NCBI GenBank assembly: GCA_963768655.1
Contig: CAVYIM010000003.1
Span: 416,001-480,000, forward strand
DNA: 64,000 nucleotides
Origin: an uncultured Chloroflexia bacterium
GTDB lineage: Bacteria; Chloroflexota; Limnocylindria; Limnocylindrales; CSP1-4
Direction: 5' to 3'
Each line of letters starts with the position of its first letter. Within the stretch, counting starts at the first letter, position 1. Positions 49,924-59,175 of this stretch are shown here, piece after piece. The translations under genes and the position numbers were made by a program. Under the pieces are notes generated by a model. That model did not search any database. It was not told where the DNA came from and saw only the letters and a program-made list of their open reading frames with translations.

Positions 49924-50750
49924 GCGGGTTTGCGGCAGCCGACGCGGCGGCCGACCCGGCGGGCGCAGTGGGCGTGGCGGCGCGCCCGGAATCGTCCGCG
50001 GGAGCCCGGCCTGCCCTCGAGATCGCCGGGCTGTGGAAGTCGTTCGGCAGCCTGCAGGTCCTGCGCGGCATCGACCTGACCGTGGCCGAGCACGAAGTCG
50101 TCTGCCTCATCGGCTCGTCGGGCTGCGGCAAGTCGACGCTGCTGCGGTGCGTCAACCTGCTGGAGCCGATCGACGGCGGTCGCATCGTCGTCGAGGGCGA
50201 GGAGATCACGGCGCCGGGCGTGGACGTCAACCGGATGCGCCGCCGCATCGGGATCGTGTTCCAGTCGTTCAACCTGTTCCCGCACATGTCGGTCCTGCGC
50301 AACGTGACGCTCGCGCCGCAGAAAGCTGCCGGAAAGTCGAAAGCGCAGGCCGAGGCCGACGCGACCGAGCTGCTCGAGCGTTTCGGCCTCGCCGACAAGC
50401 GCAACGAGTATCCGGACCGGCTCTCGGGCGGCCAGCAGCAGCGCGTGGCGATCGTCCGCGCCCTGGCCATGGCGCCCGACCTGCTGCTCCTCGACGAGAT
50501 CACGAGCGCCCTCGACCCGGAGCTGGTGGCGGAGGTCCTCAACGTCATCCGCGAGCTGGCTCGAGGCGGTATGACGATGGTCATCGCCACTCACGAGATG
50601 GGGTTCGCGCGCGATGTCGCGGGCCGGGTCTGCTTCCTCGACGGGGGAGTGATCCTCGAGCAGGGGGTGCCAGCCGACATGTTCAGCCACCCGCGCGAGG
50701 CCAGGACGCGGCAGTTCCTGGAGCGGATCATCGCCGCCGGCAGGCTGTAG
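49920..50750 (+). CDS. Polar amino-acid ABC transporter ATP-binding protein (GlnQ-like)
   Basis: [37 protein letters not shown]. Confidence 0.95.
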   Translation: MSGFAAADAAADPAGAVGVAARPESSAGARPALEIAGLWKSFGSLQVLRGIDLTVAEHEVVCLIGSSGCGKSTLLRCVNLLEPIDGGRIVVEGEEITAPGVDVNRMRRRIGIVFQSFNLFPHMSVLRNVTLAPQKAAGKSKAQAEADATELLERFGLADKRNEYPDRLSGGQQQRVAIVRALAMAPDLLLLDEITSALDPELVAEVLNVIRELARGGMTMVIATHEMGFARDVAGRVCFLDGGVILEQGVPADMFSHPREARTRQFLERIIAAGRL

Positions 50751-50910
50751 CGGGGGGAGACGCGGCCGCCCGGGCCCCGGTCGGCCCGACCTGCAGGGCC
50801 GGGGTCTGTCGTGGCGTTCGTCCGGCCCGCGCCGTCCGGGCCGCGCATGTCGCGACCACGGCCCGCGGCGCGCCGTCCGGCCCGCGCCTGTCCGTCCAGA
50901 CTCGACTCGT

Positions 50911-52023
50911 TCAGGGCAGCGGGCGCCAGGCTTTGTTCAGCAGGATCGCCAGCGCCGCAGTGAACGCGCCTGCCCCGACGAACACGAAGCTGACCTCCGT
51001 CACCTCGTGCTTGGTGATCAGGTTCGTCGGCAGTTTCTCGAAGACGCTGTCGAGCTGGCTCGCCGACTCGGCGGGGTAGTACGCGCCGCCGGTCATGGCC
51101 GCGATCTGCTTCAGCGTCGCCTCGTCGATTCCTCGGGAGTTGGTGAAGGCGCCCCCGCCGCCACCGCCACCATAACCGCCGCCGTACGCTCCACCCCCGC
51201 CGCCGCCTCCAAACCCGCCGCCGGCTGCTCCGCCCGGTTCCCGGCCGACGAACTGGGGCGCGCAGGTCGGGCTCATGGCTCCGCCGTTCGCCGTCCCGAA
51301 ACCGATCGTGTAGACCCTCACGCCCCGGTCGGCCGCCTGCTGGGCGGCGGCGATCGGATCGGTGCCGGTGTTGTTCTCGCCGTCGGTCAGCAGGACGACG
51401 ATGTCGGGCGCGTAGTCGCCCTTGGGAACGGGCGCCGGCGCGACGCCGGTCGACGAATCGGTCTGGCTCTTGGCGACGCCCGGGTCGATCTCCGAGATGG
51501 CGTCGATGGAGGCCAGGATGCCGTCGCCGATGGCGGTCCTTCGTCCGGTTGCGAGGCCGTCGAGGGCTTGGGTCAGTGCCGCCCTGTCGCTGGTCGGCGC
51601 CTGGACGACTTCCGCGAAGCTGCTGAACGCGACAATTCCGAATCGAGTCGTCGATGACTGGCTGTTGATGAACGAGGCGGCAGCAGTTTCGGCGGCCTGC
51701 AGACGGCTGGGCGGGATGTCGGTCGAGCACATGCTGCCCGAGACGTCGATCGTGAGAATGATGGTCGTCTGGTTCGTGGGCACGGCGACGACCGCTACGG
51801 GTCGCGCCATGGCGAAGACCAGGGCGGCGAGAGCGGCGACGAACAGCGCGAACGGCAGATGGCGGCGCAGCCTCGACGACCCCGGCCCCGCTTCGCGGAC
51901 CAGGGCGAGGCTGGAGTAGCGGACGCCCGAGCGGCGCCGCCGGCGCAGGCTCCAGACGTAGACCACGACAGGCACAGGCAGGAGCAGGAGCAGGAACAGC
52001 AAGCTCGACCACTCGAAGTCCAT
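50911..52023 (-). CDS. VWA domain membrane protein (BatA-like)
   Basis: N-terminal TM, MIDAS DVSGSM, TAIGD, LTDGE, C-terminal TM. Confidence 0.92.
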   Translation of the reverse strand: MDFEWSSLLFLLLLLPVPVVVYVWSLRRRRRSGVRYSSLALVREAGPGSSRLRRHLPFALFVAALAALVFAMARPVAVVAVPTNQTTIILTIDVSGSMCSTDIPPSRLQAAETAAASFINSQSSTTRFGIVAFSSFAEVVQAPTSDRAALTQALDGLATGRRTAIGDGILASIDAISEIDPGVAKSQTDSSTGVAPAPVPKGDYAPDIVVLLTDGENNTGTDPIAAAQQAADRGVRVYTIGFGTANGGAMSPTCAPQFVGREPGGAAGGGFGGGGGGGAYGGGYGGGGGGGAFTNSRGIDEATLKQIAAMTGGAYYPAESASQLDSVFEKLPTNLITKHEVTEVSFVFVGAGAFTAALAILLNKAWRPLP

Positions 52024-52064
52024 CTAGAGCCGTCCTTCCCGGCACCCGGAGTGCTCAGGCCCTG

Positions 52065-53084
52065 TCATGGCAGTCGACCGAGCCATATGAGTGATGTCAG
52101 GCCGCCCGCGACCAGCAGCAGCAGCCCCACGCCGGCGACGAGCGAGGTTATCTCCGTCTCCTGCGGTTGGATGACCAGCTGTGTGTCGAGGTTGTCGTAG
52201 ATCGAGAGGAGCTGCGCCGCGTCGGTCGCACCGTAGTAGGTGCCGCCGGTCAGCTGGGAGATCTGCTGGAGCGTCGCCGCGTCGAGCTGGGTGAAGACCT
52301 GGAAGCCGTCCAGGTTCAGCGTCGCACCCGCCGCACTGCCGACGCCGACCGTGTAGATCCGCACGCCCATGTTGGCGGCCGTCTGGGCGGCAGCGAGCGG
52401 GTCGGGGTTCTCGTTGTTCTCGCCGTCGCTGAGCAGGATGATGACAGCCGGGGCGTGGGTTCCGGCCGGCACCGGCGTAGGCGTAGGCGTGGGGGTCGGG
52501 GCGGGGCTCTGGTTGCTGTAGTAGTCGTTGGCGAAGGGCCCGGCCTCCGCGACGGCGATGGCGTTGAGAGAGGCGGTGATGCCCTGGGCCACGGACGTAC
52601 CGCGTTCCGGAGTCAGCCGGTCGATCGCCGATAGCACCGTGGCCTGATCGTCGGTCGGCGTCTGGACGGAGACGCCCGAGTCGCTGAACGCAACGACGCC
52701 GATGGTGATGCCGTCCGGCTGTCGCTCCACGAAGTCCTTCGCCGCCGTCTTGGCCACGGCCATTCGCGTCGGCGCCATGTCGGTCGCGCCCATGCTGGCG
52801 GAAACGTCGAAGGCGAGGATGACCGTTCCTTCCTCCCGGGGCAGGTCGATGACGGCCTGCGGTCGCGCCATTGCGACCGTCATCAGGACCATCCCGGCCA
52901 GAATCAGCACCGAAGGAGCCCGGCTGCGCACGCCCGAAGGCCGGCGCGTGGTGCCCTCCCCGAGCCCCATCCCGCCGCGAGTCGCCAGGACGCGATGGCG
53001 GCGCCTGTCGAGCGCCCAGTACAGCAGCGCTCCGATGGGGACGAGTGCCACCGTGAGCAGCATCGGCGGCCAGATGAACGACAT
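52065..53084 (-). CDS. VWA domain membrane protein (BatA-like), paralogue
   Basis: MIDAS DVSASM, LSDGE, IYTVGVG, terminal TMs. Confidence 0.92.
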   Translation of the reverse strand: MSFIWPPMLLTVALVPIGALLYWALDRRRHRVLATRGGMGLGEGTTRRPSGVRSRAPSVLILAGMVLMTVAMARPQAVIDLPREEGTVILAFDVSASMGATDMAPTRMAVAKTAAKDFVERQPDGITIGVVAFSDSGVSVQTPTDDQATVLSAIDRLTPERGTSVAQGITASLNAIAVAEAGPFANDYYSNQSPAPTPTPTPTPVPAGTHAPAVIILLSDGENNENPDPLAAAQTAANMGVRIYTVGVGSAAGATLNLDGFQVFTQLDAATLQQISQLTGGTYYGATDAAQLLSIYDNLDTQLVIQPQETEITSLVAGVGLLLLVAGGLTSLIWLGRLP

Positions 53085-53087
53085 CGC

Positions 53088-53984
53088 CTACCTCCGTCGC
53101 CGGCGGCGAAGCGCCGCCATGCGCACGATGGCGCGGACGAGGTCCTCGTCCGTGGACAGTGAGAAGGCTTCGACGCCGGCCCGGCCGAAGGCGGCGTTCA
53201 CGTCGACCTCCCGCCGCTGAGCCGCGTCGTGGAAGCGCCGCCGGAATGCGGCGTCGTGAGTGTCGACATACAGCTGCTCGCCGGTTTCGGCGTCTTCCAT
53301 GATCAGCGGGCCGACGTCGGGCAGCTCGATCTCGCGCTGGTCGAACAGCCGGACGGCGACCACCTCATGCCGTCGATTGAGCAAGCTCAGGGGGCGCTCC
53401 CACCCGGGTGCGCTGATGAAGTCGGAGACGATGAAGACCAGCGAGCGGCGCTTGATCGTTCGCTGGCCGGCGTCGAGCAAAGGCGACAGATCGGTGAACG
53501 GGGCGCTGGAGAGGCGCGGCTGCGAAAGCAGATCACCGATCAGGCGGAGAACCTGGTCGCGCCCGCCTCGCGCCGGGACGATTCGCTCGACGGTGCTGCC
53601 GTAGAACATTGCTCCGACGCGGTTGCCGCGCCGGGTCAGCAACCGTGCGAGCGTCGTCACGAAGTCGATCAGGACCGTCCGCTTGACGCGCTCCGAGTCC
53701 ACCGTGCCGAAGTCGACCGAGGGGCTGAGGTCCAGCAGGAACCAGGCCGTGATCTCGCGGTCCTCGACGTACTCGCGGACGTACGGGGCGTCCATCCGCG
53801 CCGTGACGTTCCAGTCGATCGACCGCACGTCGTCCCCGGGCTGGTACTCACGCAGATCCACGAGGTCGATGCCGTTGCCGCGGAACAGGCTGCGGTAGTC
53901 GCCCTGGAGAACGCCGTCGAGCCGGCGGATGACCTGCCAGTCGAGGCGCTGGAGGATCTTCTCCGGGGCAGAGACGGCTCGCAC
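53088..53984 (-). CDS. DUF58 domain protein
   Basis: LREYQPGDDVRSIDWNVTAR, LDLSPS, VSDF. Confidence 0.93.
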   Translation of the reverse strand: MRAVSAPEKILQRLDWQVIRRLDGVLQGDYRSLFRGNGIDLVDLREYQPGDDVRSIDWNVTARMDAPYVREYVEDREITAWFLLDLSPSVDFGTVDSERVKRTVLIDFVTTLARLLTRRGNRVGAMFYGSTVERIVPARGGRDQVLRLIGDLLSQPRLSSAPFTDLSPLLDAGQRTIKRRSLVFIVSDFISAPGWERPLSLLNRRHEVVAVRLFDQREIELPDVGPLIMEDAETGEQLYVDTHDAAFRRRFHDAAQRREVDVNAAFGRAGVEAFSLSTDEDLVRAIVRMAALRRRRRR

Positions 53985-54063
53985 ACGGCGAAGATCCTCG
54001 TCGCGCCCGGAGATCGGGGGCGGCTCCTCGTCATGCCACCGCGAGGCGGTCCAGGGGAAGGCC

Positions 54064-55101
54064 TCAGGCGCCGGCGCGGACGTTGGAACGCTCCCGCAGC
54101 GGTACCACCGGCGCCGGAATGCGCTTGAGGATGGTCGTCAGCACGTCGTCCGCGGACACGTTGTCCGAGAGCGCCTCGAACGACAGGACCAGGCGATGAC
54201 GCATCACGTCGCGGGCCATGTCGAGCACGTCCTGCGGAAGGGCGTAGTCGCGTCCGCGCACGAACGCCAGGGCGCGGGCCGTGAGGATGAGGTTGATCGA
54301 GGCTCGCGGACTCGCCCCGTACGTGATGTAGCGCTCCAGCTCCGGCATGCCGTGCAGCTTCGGGGCGCGGGTGGACGTCGCCAGGCGTACGGCATATTCC
54401 ATGAGCGCCGGGTCGACGTAGACGCGGTCGGCCTCCTGCTGCAGTTCGATCAGGCTCCTGGTCGAGAGCACCGCCTGGACCGGCTCGAGCTGGCCGGTCA
54501 TCCGCTCGACGATGACGAACTCCTCAGTCGGGCTCGGATAGCCGACCAGCACCTTGAGCATGAAGCGGTCGACCTGCGCCTCCGGCAGGGCGTACGTGCC
54601 TTCGGTCTCGATCGGGTTCTGGGTCGCGAGAACCAGGAACGGGTCGGGCACCTTGTGAGTCTCGTGGCCGATCGTGACCTGCCGCTCCTGCATGACCTCG
54701 AGCAACGCGCTCTGGACCTTGGCGGGAGCCCGGTTGATCTCGTCGGCCAACAGAAGGTTTGTGAACACCGGACCCAGCGACGTGTTGAACTCGCCGGTCT
54801 TCTGGTTGTAGATCCGGGTGCCGATCAGATCCGCCGGAACGAGATCGGGCGTGAACTGGATGCGCCGGAAGTCACCGCCGATCGCCCCGGCGAGCGTCTT
54901 GATTGCCATCGTCTTGGCCAGTCCAGGCACGCCTTCGACCAGGACATGGCCTCGCGCAAGCAGCGCCACCGCCAGCCGCTCCAGCAAGTGATCCTGCCCG
55001 ACGATGACCTTCTTGACCTCGTACAGCAGGCGTTCCATCGGCACGGTCGGTGCGTCCGATGCGCCGGGCTCTGTGGCGGGTTGTTCGTGCATCGTCTTCA
55101 C
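54064..55101 (-). CDS. moxR: MoxR family AAA+ ATPase
   Basis: GVPGLAKT, RIQFTPDLVPAD, ADEINRAPAKVQSALLE, ATQNPIE, GASPRA. Confidence 0.96.
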   Translation of the reverse strand: MKTMHEQPATEPGASDAPTVPMERLLYEVKKVIVGQDHLLERLAVALLARGHVLVEGVPGLAKTMAIKTLAGAIGGDFRRIQFTPDLVPADLIGTRIYNQKTGEFNTSLGPVFTNLLLADEINRAPAKVQSALLEVMQERQVTIGHETHKVPDPFLVLATQNPIETEGTYALPEAQVDRFMLKVLVGYPSPTEEFVIVERMTGQLEPVQAVLSTRSLIELQQEADRVYVDPALMEYAVRLATSTRAPKLHGMPELERYITYGASPRASINLILTARALAFVRGRDYALPQDVLDMARDVMRHRLVLSFEALSDNVSADDVLTTILKRIPAPVVPLRERSNVRAGA

Positions 55102-55162
55102 TTGCTGGACCTCATAACGGTGGTTCGGGGCGGCCGTCCGCCGTGGGTGCGCCGGTCAGCGG

Positions 55163-56071
55163 TCAATCAGGTGGCAGGCCTGCGGCCCCGCCGGCCACGT
55201 CGATGGGCACTGCCAGGCCTATGCCGATGAAAACGCCCTCGTTCGTGGGATTGACCAGCGCGTCCACGATGCCGATCACCTGGCCGTCGCGGTTGACCAG
55301 CGGACCGCCCGAGTTACCGGGGTTCACTGCCGCGTCGACCTGGATCAGGCCCGTGAGTTGCGGACCGTTGTTGGGGAGCTGGTAGGACCGGTTCAGGCCG
55401 GAGACGACCCCTGCGCTGATGGAGTCGTACAGCCCGAAGGGATTGCCGATGACGAACGCCTCACTCCCGACCTGCACGCTCCGAGGATTGCCCAGCACCG
55501 CCGGCACGATGTCGGCGGGCGTCTGAGTCGCCTGCAGAACCGCGATGTCGTCCTGGGGCTGCGTGGATTGAATCGTCGCCGGCGATGTCGTCCCGTCGGC
55601 GAACGTCACCGAGATGGCGGTCGCATCCGCGACCACGTGCAGGCAGGTGAGGATGTCGCCGCTGGCGTCCACGACGACGCCACTGCCCAGCGTGCCGTCT
55701 GCAGCGGGGATTCCGCCGCTCGGGGCGGGGGTGCCGCTGGGCCCAGCGCCGCTGCCGGGGGCGGCCGTGCTGCCCGCATTCTGCGTTTGGACCAAGACGA
55801 GCGACGGCGCAACGGCCTCATACACACGCTGCGAATCGGCAGGACCGGGAGTCATCGAGGCCAGCGCCGACGCAATGCTCTGGCTGACGTCGTGCTGGCT
55901 GAGTGGCCGCGGCGCGGGCACCAGCGCGCCGTACAGCGCGACTGCGACGAGGGCCGCCGCCAGCCCTGAGGCGAAGGGAACGCTCCGACGGAGCTGCGCC
56001 CTGAGGTGAAACGATCGCAGGCGCCTGAAGCGGCTAGCGGACGGAGCAGGCGAATCCTGCAGATCTGTCAT
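55163..56071 (-). CDS. Membrane-anchored trypsin-like (HtrA-type) serine protease without PDZ
   Basis: TM LAAALVAVALYGALV; triad TCLHVV, DDIAV, NPGNSGGP; ends right after the protease domain; start placed at ATG 56071 because ATG 56167 lies inside the promoter. Confidence 0.85.
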   Translation of the reverse strand: MTDLQDSPAPSASRFRRLRSFHLRAQLRRSVPFASGLAAALVAVALYGALVPAPRPLSQHDVSQSIASALASMTPGPADSQRVYEAVAPSLVLVQTQNAGSTAAPGSGAGPSGTPAPSGGIPAADGTLGSGVVVDASGDILTCLHVVADATAISVTFADGTTSPATIQSTQPQDDIAVLQATQTPADIVPAVLGNPRSVQVGSEAFVIGNPFGLYDSISAGVVSGLNRSYQLPNNGPQLTGLIQVDAAVNPGNSGGPLVNRDGQVIGIVDALVNPTNEGVFIGIGLAVPIDVAGGAAGLPPD

Positions 56072-56152
56072 GAGGGAGACCGAACTCCAGTCCGTGTCGC
56101 CAGCCGAACGAGCCGCTTCCGTGACCACGCTGCGGAAGCGCACTCTCGTAAG

Positions 56153-56184
56153 AGTCTTGGGGCTCATGCTGTAAGCAGCCTGAA
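56153..56184 (-). promoter_or_regulatory. Direct repeat TTCAG-N6-TACAG followed by N10-AAGACT
   Basis: Same 11-bp period and 10-nt gap as the sites at 18514 and 22550. Confidence 0.55.
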
Positions 56185-56264
56185 AACAGACGGCAATCGG
56201 AAGCCCCGGTGCGCAGGCCGAGACGGCAATCAGATCCGCGCCGCTCCGCCTCGGCCGATGTGAC

Positions 56265-58031
56265 CTAACTCTTCAACCCTGCCGCCGCCTGCGCGGCGAT
56301 CTCCTCGACCGGCCGCTCGGCCGCCTCGGCCTCGGCGCCCACTTCGAAGTCGTGGATGTAGCGGCGCCCGCGCAGCCATGACGCCGCCGCGGCGCCGAGT
56401 GACAGCACCACGCAGACGGAGAAGGCTATCTGTAGCCCGTCGTGGAAGGGGCCGGCCATCAGGCTGGGGAAGAAGGAGTTCGCGAGAACCGTCGAGCGCG
56501 TGGCCGCCGGGAGCCCGGCGAGCACCGACGGCGGGATGAGGGTCGCCATCGGGTTGTAGCCCAGGAACGCCGCGAAGAGCGCGCCGATCGGCGGGATGCC
56601 GGAGATCTGCGTGGCCACGCCGGTTGGAATGCCCGCCGCGGTGAGCCGCCCGTACAGCGCGCTGGGCAGGCTCGCCGACAGCCCCGCGACGACGAGCGTG
56701 AAGATGAGCGTCAGGCTGAGGCTCGAGGCGACGTTCTGGAACGTCGCCCGCATGCCCGACGACGCGCCGCGGTGCTCGGGCGGGACGGCGTTCATGATCG
56801 AGGCCGTGTTGGGCGAGGCGAAGGCGCCCATGCCGATCCCAAGCGTCAGCAGCAGCAGGGCGAAGGGGAGGTAGTCGAAGTCGGCCGGAAGCGTGAGGAA
56901 GCCCACGAAGGCCGCCGCCGTGATCAGCATGCCGCCGGTCGAGAAGTAGCGAGCGCCGAACCGGTCGGACAGCGCGCCGCTCAACGGCCCGGCGATCAGG
57001 AACCCGGCCGTCATCGGCAGCATGTAGACGGCCGCCCACAACGGGGCGTCCTGGAAGGCGTAGCCGTGGAGCGGCAGCCAGATCCCCTGCAGCCAGACGA
57101 TCAGGAGCAGCTGGAGACCGCCGCGGGCGAGCGACGAGAGAAAGCCGGCGATGTTTCCGGCCGCGAACATCCGGATGCGGAAGAGCTCCAGGCGGAACAT
57201 CGGATCGGGCACGCGCCGCTCGACGGCGACGAACAAGGCGAGCAGGGCGAGCCCGCCCGCGAGCTCGCCGATCACCCATGGGTTGCCCCAACCCATGCTC
57301 GAGCTGCCGTACGGCTGGATGGCGTAGGTGAAGCCGATCAGGACCAGCGTGAGCCCCACGGCGAACAGCACGTTGCCCGGAATGTCGAGCCGCTGGTGGG
57401 CGCGGATCGTCGCCGTCTCGTGGAGCATCAGATACGCCCACACCGTTCCGAAGAGCCCGAAAGGCACGCTCATGAGGAAGACGGCGCGCCAGTCGAACGT
57501 CGCCAGCAGGCCGCCCAGCAGCAGCCCGCCGAACGTCCCGGCCAGCATCCCGATCTGGTTCATGCCCATGGCCAGGCCGCGCCGATCGGGCGGGAAGGCA
57601 TCGGTCAGGATGGCCGCCGAGTTCGCGAAGAGGAAGGCACCGCCAACGCCCTGCACGATCCGGAAGACGATGAGTTCCAGGACCGCCGTATTGCCCTGCC
57701 CCTGGACGAAGAAGCACAGGATCGACCCTACCGTGAACACGGCGAAGCCCGCGTTGTAGAGGCGGACCCGGCCGTACATGTCGGAGATGCGTCCCGCGCT
57801 GACGAGCAGGGTCGCGGTCACGAGCGTGTACCCGACGAGCATCCAGAGCAGGTAGTCCGACTCGCCGGGCGCGAGCGGATTCACGCCGATGCCCCGGAAG
57901 ATGGCCGGCAGCGCGATCATCACCACGCTTCCGTTGAGCCCGGCCATGAAGACGCCGAGCGTCGTGTTGGAGAGTGCGATCCAGCGGTAGTCGATGTGGG
58001 CCAGGCGGCGGGTACGGTGGGCAGTGGTCAT
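56265..58031 (-). CDS. DHA2-like MFS transporter
   Basis: [30 protein letters not shown]; about 14 TMs. Confidence 0.9.
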   Translation of the reverse strand: MTTAHRTRRLAHIDYRWIALSNTTLGVFMAGLNGSVVMIALPAIFRGIGVNPLAPGESDYLLWMLVGYTLVTATLLVSAGRISDMYGRVRLYNAGFAVFTVGSILCFFVQGQGNTAVLELIVFRIVQGVGGAFLFANSAAILTDAFPPDRRGLAMGMNQIGMLAGTFGGLLLGGLLATFDWRAVFLMSVPFGLFGTVWAYLMLHETATIRAHQRLDIPGNVLFAVGLTLVLIGFTYAIQPYGSSSMGWGNPWVIGELAGGLALLALFVAVERRVPDPMFRLELFRIRMFAAGNIAGFLSSLARGGLQLLLIVWLQGIWLPLHGYAFQDAPLWAAVYMLPMTAGFLIAGPLSGALSDRFGARYFSTGGMLITAAAFVGFLTLPADFDYLPFALLLLTLGIGMGAFASPNTASIMNAVPPEHRGASSGMRATFQNVASSLSLTLIFTLVVAGLSASLPSALYGRLTAAGIPTGVATQISGIPPIGALFAAFLGYNPMATLIPPSVLAGLPAATRSTVLANSFFPSLMAGPFHDGLQIAFSVCVVLSLGAAAASWLRGRRYIHDFEVGAEAEAAERPVEEIAAQAAAGLKS

Positions 58032-58227
58032 TGCCGGACGCTACCTGCAGGCATGTCATGCGCTCCCATCTCTCGGGGGATTCGACATGAACGAGTATCC
58101 CAGAGTGAGCCTCGTCGCGTTGAGCGTGCCCTTTTCGGCAGGCGGCCTGTATGGTGTGCTCGCCGCTGTTCTCGCCAGCTCGCGCGAACCGGGCCTGGTG
58201 GGGAGCGTGCTCAGGAGGAGATGCCAG

Positions 58228-58986
58228 GTGGACTTCTTGATGCGGAAGATGACCGGAATCGCGGGCCCCGTGAAGAACGGCGTACCCAGTGACGCGATGA
58301 TCGAGAGCATCGCCGACACCGGCACGACAATCTCGTCACCCTCCGTCGGGCCCGAGGCGCCCGTGTACCAGCTTGGTCTGCAGGTCACTCCGATCGGTGG
58401 CGCCGGCGCGCCGTATCAGGTCACTGTCAAGTCGGCGATTCCGCGGCTCTACATCCCGATGGTTCTGCCGGGTGCGCGCCTCGGCGTCATGGTCGACCCG
58501 CTGAACCCGATGAACGTCTCGCCCGACTTCACGCGCATGGGCGGCGCCGCGCCCGCAGCGCCGGTCGCGCCCGGTGGCTTCAGGATGGACTTCGACGCCA
58601 ACGGCCAGCCTGCGGCCGGCGAAGTCGCGGCGGTGGCGAGCGGCGTTCGAAGCGGCACGGTCAACACGATCAAGGGCAGTGCCGATCAACTCCTGGCCAC
58701 CGGCACACACGGCACCGCGGTGATTACCACGGCCATGCCCCTGGGCAAGACCGTCCGAGACATCAACCCGGCGGCCGATCCGTCGCGCCTGAACGACCCG
58801 GTGTGGATCTTCACCGTCGAGGTCACCCTCGCCGGGCAGGCACCGTTCCCGGCCGTCTTCGGCCATCGCGTGCCCGTGGCGAAGCTGGCTTCGGTGGCCC
58901 CCGGAGTGAAGCTCGCGGTCGCGGTCAACGAGGCCGACAAGAACCAGGAAGTCGCGATCGACTGGGACCAGTCGCCGCTTTCCTGA
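58228..58986 (+). CDS. Soluble protein with two tandem OB-fold-like (DUF3592-like) beta domains
   Basis: AGGAGGAG RBS then GTG 58228; A.I.SI.DTG..PVY.LGL.VTP..PG.RL.V.VDP unit followed by a second related unit; no TM. Confidence 0.75.
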   Translation: MDFLMRKMTGIAGPVKNGVPSDAMIESIADTGTTISSPSVGPEAPVYQLGLQVTPIGGAGAPYQVTVKSAIPRLYIPMVLPGARLGVMVDPLNPMNVSPDFTRMGGAAPAAPVAPGGFRMDFDANGQPAAGEVAAVASGVRSGTVNTIKGSADQLLATGTHGTAVITTAMPLGKTVRDINPAADPSRLNDPVWIFTVEVTLAGQAPFPAVFGHRVPVAKLASVAPGVKLAVAVNEADKNQEVAIDWDQSPLS

Positions 58987-59175
58987 GTCGGAGACGGAAC
59001 CACTGCGGTCGGACGCCGGCGACGCAAGGTCCGCGCCTTCGGCGTCCGACGCGCCCCGGAGATGAGGCGCGCCGCAGGTGGGATGCGATACCCTAGCTTG
59101 CGGAAATGGTAGGCGACCGGCTGCCGGCGGATTGGCCGTCCCGGAGCACCGGTCTGCCGAACGAGGAGGGTCCCG

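Noticed and set aside
56072-56167. ATG 56167 as start of the protease
   Set aside because: Falls between the direct repeat and the -10 of the predicted promoter; ATG 56071 fits better
57994-58227. Hydrophobic N-terminal extension for the tandem beta-domain protein
   Set aside because: Overlaps the divergent MFS start; a strong RBS precedes GTG 58228, where similarity to the paralogue begins
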